Of a stretch of 64,000 nucleotides of DNA, positions 1 to 13,570 are shown piece after piece (the first letter of the stretch is position 1; each line of letters opens with the position of its first letter). The stretch lies in the NCBI RefSeq assembly GCF_009914755.1, contig NC_060940.1. One strand, given 5' to 3'. Both the position numbers and the translations under genes were made by a program. The notes below the pieces were generated by a model. It saw only the letters and a list, made by a program, of their open reading frames with translations, was not told the origin of the DNA and did no database searches. The stretch comes from the human T2T-CHM13v2.0 reference genome, Homo sapiens.

Positions 1-42
1 GAAGCAGGGCTGGAATTTGAACATGAGACTGTATGCTCCCTG

Positions 43-858
43 TTGTAGTTTCCTATGGCTGCTGTAAAAAGTTAGCACAAATGCAGAGGCTTAAGACAGC
101 ACAAATGTCTTATCTTACAGTTCTGAAGGTTTCGCTCCAGAGTGAGTTTTATGGAGTGAAAATCAAAATGTTGGCAGGCCTTAGGGGAGAGTCCATTCCT
201 TTCATCTTCCAGTCTCTAGAGGCTGCTGGCATTTTTCAGCTCACGGCCACAGCACTCTAATCTCTGCTTTCACTATCCCTTCTTTTTTCTGTGACTCTGA
301 CCTTCTTGCTTCCCTCTTACAATGACCCTTTTAATTGCATTAGGCCCACCAGGCTCATCCAGGATGTATTTGTCTGTGTTCACACTAGTGATAAAGACAT
401 ACCCAAAACTGGGTAATTTATCAACAAAAAGAGATTTGATGGACTCACAGTTCCATGTGGCTAGGGTGGGTGCACAGTCATGGCGGAAGGCAAAAGGCAC
501 ATCTCACACGGCAGCAGACGAGAGAGAGTGACAGCCAGGTGAAGGAGTTTCCCGTTATAAAAACATTAGATCTCATGAGACTTATTCACTACCATGAGAA
601 CAATATGGGAGAAATCGATCCTGTGATTCAATTATCTCCCACCAGGGTCCCTCCCACAACATGTGGGAATTATGGGAGCTACAATTCAATATGAGATTTG
701 GATGGGGACACAGCCAAACCATATCACAGGATAGTTCCCCATATCAAGGTCCTTAACTTAATCACACTTGCATTTGATTTTATCATGCAAGGTAGCATAC
801 TCACAGGTGGGATTAGGACTTAGACACCTTCAGCAAGAAACATTACTCAGGCCAACAC
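43..858 (-). mobile_element. MLT1 (MLT1C/D-like) MaLR solo LTR, split by a THE1 insertion
   Basis: tgtagtttcctatggctgctgtaa...tatcttacagttctgaagg start; resumes after 731 with ccttaacttaatcaca. Confidence 0.8.
365..726 (-). mobile_element. THE1 (B/C-like) solo LTR
   Basis: TG...CA termini, gataaagacatacccaaaactggg, agatctcatgagacttattcact; 5-bp TSD CAGGA at 360-364 and 727-731. Confidence 0.92.
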
Positions 859-1107
859 ACTCCTCAAACCTAAGCTTATTCCCAATCACACAGTCAGGAG
901 AGGATGCCCACAATGCACTTGGGGTTTTGTGTCTGTGTCTCCCCTCCAAGAACAGGTACTTGCCCTTGTCTTTGGAGCTCACAGCCAAGTCCTACAGTCA
1001 GCATCAGACGGCTTGTCTCAAGCTGCTGATTTCCGGGAGCAAAGCTGCTGTGGGACATGAGACTCTTTGAGGCAGAATACCTCTCATGCCTGGAGAGCAT
1101 TACAGGC

Positions 1108-1466
1108 TGCATTAGTCTGTTTTCACTCTGCTGATAAAGACATACCCAAGACTGTGCAATTTACAAAAGAAAGAGGTTTAATGAACTCACATTTCCCCAT
1201 GTCTGGGGAGGCCTCACAATCATAATGGAAGGGGAAAGGCGCATCTCACGTGGTGGCAGAGAACAGAAGAGAGCTTGTGCAGGGAAACTCCGCTTTATAA
1301 TACCATCAGATCTCATGAGACTTATTCACTATCATGAGCATAGCACAGGAAAGACCCTCCCCCATGATTCAGTTATCTCCTACCAGGCCCCTCCTACAAC
1401 ACGTAAGAATTATGGGAGCTACAATTCAAGATGCGATTTGGGTGGGGACAGAGCCAAACCATATTA
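1108..1466 (-). mobile_element. THE1B-like solo LTR
   Basis: gagcttgtgcagggaaactc, gacagagccaaaccatat; 5-bp TSD CAGGC at 1103-1107 and 1467-1471. Confidence 0.92.
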
Positions 1467-2374
1467 CAGGCTAATGACTGAGCGGGGGCTGTTTCTTGTT
1501 GTGTTCTTATAAGAACTATTGCATTTTCTTTTTCTTCCAAATATAGTTAATGGCCTCATCTTTTCTGGACTAGGTTTGTAGTAGACCATAAGCAAAAGAG
1601 TTCAGAAAGCACGGCCTCCAAGAAGTCGGATCTGCTTGTCTTTATCAATCTGTTTGGATTTTCCTGGCCCATTTACTCACAAATTTAAAAGACATGATGA
1701 GTTTTCAGGGAGAACTCTTTAGCATTTACATTTTAATTTAGTTTTGTTTACCTGTTTAGTGCCCTCTCGGTTCCCAGACCATCAAACTCACCATTGTCAC
1801 CGGGGAGAAATTTGTGTTGGCTGAAATCTGTAGTGGTTGGTCTGCTGCTTTTCTTTCTCTGCTCATCTACCCTGATAGTTTCCCTGTGGTTTGTGGTGGG
1901 CTCACAGCTCTTGACCTCAGGACTCTCGCTGGTCTAGAGGAGATTGGTTTGTGGGGGCGTCTGACATGTTTGGGTTCTTTGTGACATCTGGGCCACCCGG
2001 TTGAGTCTGACAAGAAACACTTAATACCTCCTTGGCTTTGAAGCTCTCCTTTGTGGCACTACAAGGTCCTCTTTGAAATCCCACATTCTTTTTTGGATTT
2101 AGGTATTAACCCCTTGCTGTGAGGAGAAAGATAATTGTCAACACACTTAGGAGAGAAATCATGCAGTAAAGCTGACCCGACATAGACTAACTTAAAACTA
2201 ACTAGTTCATTAGTGCTAACTTAGTTCATTAGTGCTTTATCTCCTTGTGTGTGTGAGTGTGTGAGGGGATCAATTATATACATAAGACAAAGACCACCTA
2301 GGAAATGTTTGAGAAACTGTGCAGTGAGGATGAATCAACAAGTAAATATCATGAGAATTTCTTAGATTGAAGAA

Positions 2375-2540
2375 ATATTACTCCTATTTGGTGTCAACTC
2401 TGTGCTGGCCTTTTCACTCAAGTTCTCTGATGTAACTGCCCACAGTAATCCTGTAAGGTATGGCTAATCATTTCCATTTTATAGATTAGGAAACCAAGGT
2501 CCAAAGTGGTGAATTGATTTGACCAAAATCACAGACCCAG
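2375..2540 (-). mobile_element. MIR fragment
   Basis: tccattttatagattaggaaaccaagg core. Confidence 0.65.
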
Positions 2541-2604
2541 GAATTTCCTCAGCCAAGAGCCTACAGCAGCTGTGTCTTAAGACTGTGCCCTTTCATCCAC
2601 CCTC

Positions 2605-2765
2605 TTGGTACTCAAAGCTTGGTCCATGAACCAGCAGCTTCAGCATCTGCTGAGAGCTTGCTGGAGATACAGAATCTCAGGCCTGACTGACCCGAGGCCT
2701 GCTGAGTCTGAATTTTAACCAGAGTCTCTTGGTGACTCGTGTGTACTTTAGAAGGGGAACTGCTC
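2605..2765. mobile_element. MER5A-like hAT-Charlie MITE
   Basis: ctcaaagcttggtccatgaaccagcagc...cagaatctcaggcc...ctgaattttaac. Confidence 0.75.
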
Positions 2766-3024
2766 ACCGCCCCCACTTCCCACTGAGTCGAATAGACATT
2801 AAGTGAGCCTTCCTTATGTGCTCAGCCTGTGGTGAGGCTGCAAAGACAATACGACCCAGCCCCTGTAATGCAAAATTCAGAGCATAGGGCAGCACACTGC
2901 TGCCATGAGTCGAGGTGACACAGTACTAACAGTGGGCACAGGGGGCTCGGGGCACAGAGGAGGGGTGCTTCCCAGGGAGACTGCCCGTTGGAGCTTACTC
3001 CTAAGCTAATTGGGAGGCAGGAAT

Positions 3025-3255
3025 CCACTGTGGCTGAGAACAGCAGCTCTGAATTTGCACTGTCTGGTTTCAAGTCCAAATTCTACTACATCCCAGCTGT
3101 GTATTGTGGGGCAAGTTACTTAACCTCTCTGGCCTCAGTATCTGTATCTGTAATATGGGGAATCATAAAAGCACCTACTTGTTAAGGCATATTAAATGCA
3201 ACGCTACTTTGAAGGACTCATAGTAGTTAACACCCAGTTTGGTAAGTGTTATTAT
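3025..3255 (+). mobile_element. MIR
   Basis: gggcaagttacttaacctctctggcctcagt core. Confidence 0.75.
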
Positions 3256-3569
3256 TGAAGGCTGAGAACAGAACGACAAACAACAATCACAACAAAAGGC
3301 TGGGGAAGATTTTCCTGGTGGGGGGACCAGATGAGCAATAGATCTCCATATGCAGAGGGGTAACTGAGTACGACTCTGGGACTTACACTAGAACATTCAT
3401 ATTGCAATAAAGCAGATTTTTCCTGAGCACCTACTCTGTGCCAAAGCACTATTGTAGGCTGTGGAGATAGGGAGCTGAAGTACTGAAAGCGTTACAGTCA
3501 AGGGCCAGAAAACCATTGTTCAAGCAATTGGCGTATGGCTTGATCTGTGTTTATTACAAAGCGATACTT

Positions 3570-3680
3570 TTCCTTCTAAGTACTGCTTTACCTGCATCCT
3601 GCAAATTTTGGTATGTTGTATTTTCATTCTCATTAATTCAAAATATGTTCCAATTTCCCATGTGATTTCTTCTTCGACCC
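3570..3680 (-). mobile_element. Old L1 (L1M) internal fragment
   Basis: ctaagtactgctttacctgcatcc...attttggtatgttgtattttcatt. Confidence 0.6.
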
Positions 3681-4944
3681 TCACATGTTTATTACAGCAT
3701 TTACTTGTTTCTGTTCATCCAGAACTCATTGAATACCTGCTATCTACCAGGCAGTGGCCTGGTCACATCTTCTGACCTCAAGTAGTTTATAGTCCAAAAA
3801 GACATTGGCTCTTTGGGATAGAGGCACTTTTTGGGGGAGAGAAACATGAATGCAACTTTTTACATAGAGTATGAAACTCTGTTCCAAATCTCTCAAACTC
3901 AGGTTCTTTGATTCTTAAGGTATTTTTCACTGCCGAGTTGCTGTCATTGAAACAAAATCTGTCCTGGTCACCACTGTATGCCCAGCACGTAGTACAGTGC
4001 CCTGAACATATTAGGTACTCATTAAATACTTGTTCCACGAAGTTGTTATTTGGTATTCACGAGTTTTGTCTCAATTCCTTTTGATTCTTCTTTTCACCCA
4101 TCTCATGTTGACTTAATTTCTCCAGCATTCAGTTAAGACCTAGCCGAAGCATAATTGTCAGCATAGTAGAGCTGGCTCTCCTCTTTCTAATTGCCCTGCA
4201 GAGTTTTTGGGGAGTCTGTATGCAATTGTGTACACCCCAATGCCCCAAAACCCTCTTCTATTTCCTTTAGCACTCTTGAGCTGAAGAAGCCCCACTCTCC
4301 CTCTGCCCCACATCTATTGTGGGCTGGGATACATGTTGGGCCTCTGCCCAGATCATGCTTGGAGTGGCACCAGCTGGGTAGGACATGTGAAATATTTGCT
4401 CAGAGAGATCCAGAAGTGTTGATCTGAGTAGGATCAGCTGGTGCTCCAGGATAAAAATCGTGTCACCACTTTTGCCGAAAAGTCACTGTGTTTCTCCTGT
4501 ACTCAGCAGGTTACAGGGTGCCATATTGTTTTCAGTCTTCCGGCTCTACCCTGTTTTGAAGTGCGGCCGGGTGTTGTTAAACGGCTCCGCCTTCCTGCCA
4601 GAATTTCTCCGTGGGGAGGAGCTGCCACCCAGTCCAGTGAGTATGGCCTTTTGGTCAGCATTGCAGAACCTGGCAAGTCCTAATTCCCTGTGAGCTTGAC
4701 ACAGGAGGCCGCCTCCTCCTCCAGGCTTACTTGGAAGCATTCTGTCCTCTTGTTGGAAGGGAAATTGGTATGGTAGGGAGGTGCTTCTTCTGGGAGTGGG
4801 TTTGTAAAATCAAGACTGTTTTCATCCAAACCAGTTACCTGTTTGTCTAGAACCTGTGTTCTCTGCTTTCTGCCTCTTGTGTTGACATTTCTCCTTTGGC
4901 CTTCATCTGTTACTCGCTCACATGTGCCGTGCCCCGGGTGGGTT

Positions 4945-5150
4945 TGGAAGCCATGCTGCTATGGTTTGATTCCTGGCTTTCCAACATTACCTTTGATAAC
5001 CAAGACAAGTGGCAGTCTAAGCCTCAGTTTCCTCATCTGCAAAATGGGTGCAATTCTAGTACCTCCTTCCTAAGGCTGTGAGGATTCAATGAGGTACTGC
5101 TTGCAAAGTTTCTAGCACAGTGTCTTGAACACGGTAAACAACTTACCTAG
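4945..5150 (+). mobile_element. MIR
   Basis: ctaagcctcagtttcctcatctgcaaaatggg. Confidence 0.75.
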
Positions 5151-5539
5151 GTCTGATCTCATTTGATATTGTTGCTCATAGCAAAGGTTTGTTGAGTTTA
5201 CTACGGATATAACACTTGTTCTTTTTTAAAATAACTTTTAAAAACGCAAGTGTTGAATTATCTGCATTGTGCCTTTAGGGCATACACATCTGCTTACAAT
5301 ATTTTTTGAGCTTTCAGAAAACTTAAGATATGGTTGAGGGATGCAGGAAGGAACAGGACAAGAACCCAGATCCCTGCCCAACAGGACAGTGGAAGGGAAG
5401 TCTCAGCATCTCGAAATGAGTGCCTGGAGAGGATGGGTGGCGGCTGTGCGGGGATGTGGTAGGGTGATGGTCCTTGAAGGATGCTGCAGATCACAGTGGC
5501 CCCACAGTGTGGGGATTGGGGTGGGATATGTGACAACAA

Positions 5540-6279
<740 letters not shown>

Positions 6280-6655
6280 TCAGGGATCCCAGTGGCTTGA
6301 AAGTATAACAAAAGTATGACTAGATCCAGGAAATACAGCTGGAGAGACCCAAGTCTGCACAGAAAAGGTTTACAGAGCCCAGGCACACAGATGACATGAG
6401 CAGTTCCAAAGGAGTGGGACGGGGTGAATGATTTGTGGTCAGAGGTGTGGTCACACATACCGTCCCCTGATAGTCGGTGGGAACTGGGTCAGGTTCCATT
6501 TGCCAGGGGCAGGACATACTGCGTGCCTTGGCCTTTTCTGGGCTACTCAAAAAAGGATTCCACCAGGTAAACTTGAATCACCTAGCGCTGGTAGAAAGCC
6601 TTGCTCTTCGTCATCTCTCCTGTGTATCGCTAGCCTTATTAAAATGTGCAGAGGA

Positions 6656-6949
6656 GACCGGGCATGGTAGCACACTTGTAATCTCAGCACTTGGAGAGGC
6701 TGAGGTGGGAGAATTGCTTGAGGCTATGGCTTCAAAACCAGCCTGGGCAACACAGCAAGACCCCACGTCTTAAAAAAATTTAGCCGGCTGTCGTGTCTCC
6801 TCCGTGTAGTCCCAGCTATTCAGGCAGCTGAGGCAGGAGGGCTGCTTGAGCTCAGGAGGTGGAGGCTGAAGTGAGCTGTGATTGTGCTGTTGCACTCCAG
6901 CCTGGGCGACAGAGGGACAGCTTGTCTCCTTGTCTCTAAAAAAGAAAAA
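6656..6949 (+). mobile_element. AluJ
   Basis: Diverged dimer with gcttgagctcaggagg J-type text and A-tail. Confidence 0.9.
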
Positions 6950-7384
6950 CATGCTCAGAGGCCTTGTGAGTTAGCTCTCTCCAAAGTTTTTAAGACAAGG
7001 AATTCAGTTAATCAAGTTTGTTAGACTTGTTTGAAAAAAGGGCCTGAACAGGCTCAGAGCAAGGGCAGATCAAGCTCTTCCACAGATTTTAATGTTCAGG
7101 TTTTGTGACCTTTACTTTTTTTATTTTGGCAAAATGTACACAACTTAGTATTTATCATTTTAATTTATAAGTGTAAAATTCATAGTCATTAAATATATTC
7201 ACAATGTTGTGTAACCATCAGCATTACCTATACCTAAAATATTTTCATCACATCTTTTAAAAAATAACTGCCCCTTCCTCACATCCCCAAGCTTGTGGTC
7301 TCTGGTAACCCCTACTTTACTTTCTGCATCTATGAAATTGTTTTCAAGGTCAATCCATATTGTAGCATATATCAAAATTTCTTT

Positions 7385-7476
7385 CTTTCTTCCTCTCCTT
7401 CCCTCCCTCCCTCCCTCCCTCCTTCTCTCTCTCCTTTCCTCCCTTCCTTCCTTCCTTCTTTCCTTCCTTCCTTCCA
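7385..7476. repeat. (CCTT)n/(CCCT)n pyrimidine tract derived from the Alu tail
   Basis: Lies between the Alu 3' end and the TSD caaaatttcttt. Confidence 0.85.
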
Positions 7477-7769
7477 TTTTTGACAGGGTCTCACTCTGTT
7501 GCCCAGGCTGGGGTGCAGTGGCACAATCAAAGCTCACTGCAGCCTTGACTTCCTGGGCTTCAGTGATCCTCCCACCTCAGCCTCCCAAGGAGCTAGAGGT
7601 GCATGCCACCATGCCTGGCTTTTTAAATTTATTTTTATTATTATTTTTTTATTTTTAGTAGAGACAGATTTTGCCGTGTTGCCCTGGCTGATCTTGAACT
7701 CCTGTGCTCCGGTCATCCACCCGCCTGGGCTTCCCAAAGCGCTGAGATGACTGCGCCACCACACCTGCC
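7477..7769 (-). mobile_element. AluJ
   Basis: gacagggtctcactctgttgcccaggctg... Confidence 0.92.
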
Positions 7770-7804
7770 ACAAAATTTCTTTGTTATGGCTGAATAATGT
7801 TTCT

Positions 7805-7818
7805 GTGTGAGTGTGTGT

Positions 7819-7852
<34 letters not shown>
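7805..7852. repeat. (TG)n microsatellite
   Basis: Interrupted TG run visible directly. Confidence 0.95.
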
Positions 7853-7855
<3 letters not shown>

Positions 7856-8618
7856 AATAATACTCCTATGAACATTGTACCAATATCTATTCAGATCTCT
7901 GCTTTCGATTCTTCTGCATATATACCTAGGAGTGAAATTGCTGCGTCGTTTCGTATCTGTGTGCTTAACCTTTTGAGAAACTGCCAAACTGTCTTCAACA
8001 GCAGCCGCATCATTTTACATTCCCACCAGCAGTGCATCAGGATTCTAGTTGCTCCACATCTACCCAATACTTATTTTACTTAAAAAAATAGAATAGCCAT
8101 CTGAGTGAAGTGTTACCTCCCTGCAGTGTTGATTCCCATTTCCCTAATGATGTTAAGCGTACTTTCACGTGCCTACTGGCCGTTTGTGTATCTTCTTTGG
8201 AGAAAGTAACATCCATTTTTGATACTCACATGGCTTTTTGGTTCTATTTTTGCTTTCTTTTGGCTAATGATAACCTTCCAGCACCACGAGTTTGGACTGT
8301 GCTAATGTCTTCTAGTACTGTTTAGAAGTTGAGGTAAAAAGAAAACGGTAATTGAAAGAGACAGTTGTTGTTTACATTGGGGAGGTTGGTATTCCACCCC
8401 CTGTGCTTTTTCATTAGCTGTATTGTATTCTTATTATGTGTTTTACCGGGTAATTGTAATTCTTGGCTTTGGATTTTGTCCCTTTTTTAGGCTGCGGGGC
8501 GGGGGGTCGGTTATTTTATAAGCAAAGAAGTACAGCCAGTATGATTCTGAAGCAACTAGGCCACAGTAGAAAAAAGTTGGAGAGTGAAATCTCAAGCAAG
8601 CCAAAAAGTGATAGATGA

Positions 8619-8621
<3 letters not shown>

Positions 8622-8653
<32 letters not shown>
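8622..8653. repeat. A32 homopolymer
   Basis: Visible directly, just upstream of an Alu. Confidence 0.9.
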
Positions 8654-8656
<3 letters not shown>

Positions 8657-8660
8657 GCCT

Positions 8661-8961
<301 letters not shown>

Positions 8962-9882
8962 GGCTTTGGAGCTTCCTAATTTCTAAATAGATTTCCTTTA
9001 TAATTTTCAGAGGTTGTGAAATTAACTCTGTAGATTGGGGAGTGTAGTTTGTCACTCTAATTGCCCAGCGTTTTAATTATCGGCGTGTTTTATGCTTTTG
9101 TGAAATGCTCATTTCACAGCTTGCTGGTGGGTCTTTTTGTGGAACGAGAAAGTGAATATTCACACCAGAAATGAGGTACTGACCCTGAAGGGCTTTCCAG
9201 TCAAAGAGAAAGGAGAGCATGACCCGCCAATGCCGTTGTTTGTAAGCAGGAAGCTGACGCTGCGCCATGGTGTAGGGGAGGAGGACGGTTTCCATTCTGT
9301 TTTGAGCATCAGAATAAAACCAAGCACCAGAAGGTGTGGTTCAAAGATGCTTTCCTTTTTCAGTCTCTGGTCAATTTGTTGTTATTTTTCTTCAAGAGAG
9401 TTGTTGGGGTTGGGTAGGCGCAGGGGCCACAAGGCCATCTTTATAAGGCTCTGGCATTTGATAGTGAGGTATTTTGGTATTCCAAATAATTGGTGGAAGG
9501 ATGGAAAGGTTAAATGGAAATTATGTAAGGGCTGCAAAGAGATTCATATATGACTATTTCATGAGTGCTTACTATACACCAGGCGCTGTTACAGCCCGTG
9601 TAATGCCACCTGGGAGTTGGGGGGAGTCACCATCGTCCATCCGTCTGTCCATCCATCCATCCATCCTGCCTCCCTCCATCCTTTCTCTTTTTCACAATGT
9701 CTCTTGCTCCGCCCCCTCTCTTCCCCTCCTTCCTTCCTATCCAGTGCTTGTAACCTGTCAAGCACATGTTGTAGCCATTGGGGACATCGTGGTAAACAAA
9801 GCAAAGTCCTTGCTTGCATTCTGTGACAGATGGAGATAAAATGGGTAATTAACAAATGTAATCCCTCCCACCCACCCCCCAC

Positions 9883-9883
<1 letters not shown>

Positions 9884-9927
<44 letters not shown>
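9884..9927. repeat. (TTTA)n tetranucleotide repeat
   Basis: About 10 units visible. Confidence 0.92.
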
Positions 9928-9929
<2 letters not shown>

Positions 9930-10061
9930 CATATCTGTTACTCCATCAGTCAGGATCCAGTTAGGAGACAGAAACTATATCATAATTTTAACAGGGAAGA
10001 TTTAATATTAAGAATTATTAGCTACAACAGGGTTTTGGCTACTAAAGGGTAAAGAGAATCA

Positions 10062-10405
10062 GGCCGAGCACAGTGACTCATGCCTGTCTGTAATCCCAGC
10101 ACTTTGGAAGGCCAAGGTGGAAGGATCGCCTGAGTCCAGGAGTTCGAGATCAGTGTGGACAACATAGGGAGGTCCTGTCTCTACAAAAAATAAAAAATAA
10201 AATAAAAAAATAAAAATAAAAATAAATAAAAAGTAGTTGGGCGTGTGTTGTGGAGCATGTGGGGGTCCCAGCTACTTGGCAGGCTGAACCAGGAGGATCG
10301 CTTGAGCTCAAGAGGTTGAGGCTGCTGTGAGCTATGATCTCACCTCTGTACTACAGCCTGGGTGACAGAGTGAGACCGTGTCTTTAAGTAAAATAAAATA
10401 AAAAA
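10062..10405 (+). mobile_element. AluJ with expanded A-rich linker
   Basis: Dimer; linker expanded to (AAAAT)n at about 10185-10232. Confidence 0.92.
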
Positions 10406-10410
10406 GAGTA

Positions 10411-10705
<295 letters not shown>

Positions 10706-11084
10706 TTTAACTCTAAAGAATCCAAGAATACAGATTTGGGAGCAGCCAGTACCAATGGGGGATGGGGCAGTACACCCAGGAAAGAGCAAATCTGGGGTCC
10801 CCACGGGCCAGGACTGGGATCTGGACTGGGCCATGGCCCATTGGATGGCAGAAAGGTTCTCACTGAAGCCCCCATAAAGGTGGGACTCACTGGGAAACCC
10901 CTCTCTGTGGTGCCAGGGAAGGACGTCTGTGGGAGGTGCCTACCAAGGAAGTCTCTGGAAATCAGCCTGCAGGGGTGGAGTGCCGGGAAACTCCCGCCCC
11001 CTCCCCCCCTCCCCGAAGTGAACCGCCCACAGGGAGATGCCCCTATGGGAGCTTCGCACCAGAACCCGTCTGCGCCAGTGTCCC

Positions 11085-11105
11085 TGCAGCGCCCTCTACT
11101 GGCGA
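11085..11105 (-). promoter_or_regulatory. Near-consensus CTCF motif
   Basis: Minus strand TCGCCAGTAGAGGGCGCTGCA matches core CCASYAGRKGGCRS with no mismatch; local CpG retention. Confidence 0.7.
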
Positions 11106-11221
11106 AGCTGGACATGGCGTCCGCTGGCAAAGGGGAAACTCTCTTTCCTCCCAAGGCGAGCAATGCTAAATGTGCCTGGTACTGAGACGTCATCTGTGGA
11201 CGGTTGGCACCGATGCTAATC

Positions 11222-11660
11222 AGTGCTATGGGAAAATAGGCAGAGCGAGGAGCGTAAGAATTATTATGTGTGCTGTTTGATAGAGACTGTACAAGGAAGA
11301 CCTCTCTAAAAAGGTGACATTTGGAGCAGAGACATGAAGGAAGGGATTGCTGGAGGCAGAACATTCTAGGCAGAAGGAACCGCACGTGCAAAGGCCCTCA
11401 GGTCAGCCGGCATGGCATGCAAGTAAGCCACCTGCAACACAGCAGGTGTGGATGAAGGGAAGAGAATTAGCATTTGGCCAGAGCACGCATTTTAAGGGAT
11501 GGAGATCCATTTGGATAGTCTTGAACACAGAACTGACCGGAACTGACTTACTCTTTGAAAAGATCGCTCTGGCTGCTGTGTTGAGTGGATTGGTAAGGGA
11601 CAGGTGGTGAAGACTGAAACAGGGTATCCAGTTAGGAAGCTACCACAGTGATCCAACCCC
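11222..11660 (-). mobile_element. L2 fragment
   Basis: ggtgacatttggagcagagacatgaagg...aacattctaggcagaaggaac...tgcaaaggccct. Confidence 0.75.
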
Positions 11661-11724
11661 CAGCTTCTGTTGAGGTTGAAGAACCTGCATGCCCAACCTA
11701 AATATATGTTCAAAGGTGGTTATT

Positions 11725-12260
<536 letters not shown>

Positions 12261-12375
12261 CATTTTTTTGAAAAGAATAGTACAAAAATGATACTTCCCT
12301 CTCAGTGTATTTTACCAAGGGATTATTAGTGTATATGTGTGTTCTTACTGGAAATGTTAATTGGACTTGTAATTC

Positions 12376-12803
12376 TTTTTTTAACTTGTATTTTGGGTTC
12401 AGGGGTACATGTGCAGGTTTGTTATATAGGTAACTTCATGTCACAAAGGTTTGTTGAACAGATTATTTCATCACGCAGGTAATAAGCCTTGTATCCAATA
12501 GTTATTTTTCTGATCCTCTCCTTCCTCTCTCCCTCTACCCTCAGGCAGGCCCCAGTGTCTGTTGTTCTTTCTTTGTGTCCTTGAGTTTTCATCATTTAGC
12601 TTCCACTTGTAAGTGAGGCCATGCAGTATTTGATTTTCTCTTCCTGCATTAGTTTGCTGAGGATAATGGCTTCTAGCCCCGTCCGTGTTCTCGCAGAAGA
12701 CATGATCGCATTCTTTTATATGGCTGCATAGTATTCCATGGTGTATATTCACTACTTTTTTTTTAATCCAATCTGTCATTTGTGGACATTTAGGTTGATT
12801 CCA
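12376..12803 (-). mobile_element. L1PA15/16-like 3' end
   Basis: ttcaggggtacatgtgcaggtttgtta...agattatttcatcac; TSD gacttgtaattctt/gacgtgtaattctt. Confidence 0.85.
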
Positions 12804-13072
12804 GTAGACGTGTAATTCTTCTTGGAAATGTTAATCTTGATCATTTGGTTAATGTGATGACTTCTGGGTTCTGCAGTGTGAAGTTATTATCTTCCCTTTT
12901 GTAGGTAACAAATACTTTGGAAGAGATTAAACAAACAAATAAAAAAGTGGTGATTGTTATTACCAGCATGGCTACTACTAGCTAATTCCAGGCTTCAAGC
13001 CACTGGGGCATAGGCATATGTTTAGCTCATTCCACAGGAGGGGAACAGAGGCTCAAAGAACCTAGGTAAGTT

Positions 13073-13413
13073 GGCCAGGCGCGGTGGCTCACACCTGTAA
13101 TCTCAGCGCTTTGTGGGGCTTAGGCAGGAGGATTGCTTGAGCTCAGAAGTTTGAGACCAGCCTGGACAACATAGCGTGAACTTGTATCTACTTAAAGTAA
13201 AAATCAAAAAAATAATGGGGTGCAGTGGTACATGGCTGTAGTCCCAATTACTCAGGAGGTGGAGGTGGGAGGATTGCTTGGGCCCAGGAGGCTGAGGCTG
13301 CAGAAAGCTGTCATCATGCCGCTGTGCTCCAGCCTGGGCATCAAGGTCTGTTTTGCAGACCTTGTCTCCAAAGCAAAACAAACAAACAAAAGAAACAAAC
13401 AAACAAACAAAAA
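13073..13413 (+). mobile_element. AluJ inserted in a MIR
   Basis: Dimer, (AAAC)n tail, TSD aaagaacctaggtaagtt/aaagaaattaggtaactt. Confidence 0.92.
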
Positions 13414-13447
13414 GAAATTAGGTAACTTGCTCAGTGGCTAGTGAGTG

Positions 13448-13570
13448 GCTAGATTGTAAGCTTCATGAGGGCAGGGGACTTTGACGATTTTGTCGGTATC
13501 CTAAGCCCCTAGAACAGTGCCTAAACATTTGTTGGGCAGTTAATATATATTTGTTCTATTAATAAGTAGA
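13448..13570 (+). mobile_element. L2 3' end
   Basis: ctagattgtaagcttcatgagggcagggg...cctagaacagtgcct. Confidence 0.75.

Larger units (their letters stand above)
7115..8210 (-). mobile_element. L1M (L1MB-like) 3' fragment interrupted by an Alu and (TG)n
   Basis: ttcacaatgttgtgtaaccatca; atatacctaggagtgaaattgctg; cattcccaccagcagtg. Confidence 0.8.

Noticed and set aside
365-1466. Two THE1 LTRs as the ends of one provirus
   Set aside because: Each has its own TSD, and the intervening DNA is MLT1 plus unique sequence, not THE1 internal region
8494-8510. GC box gcggggcgggggg
   Set aside because: Isolated; no CpG island or other promoter features
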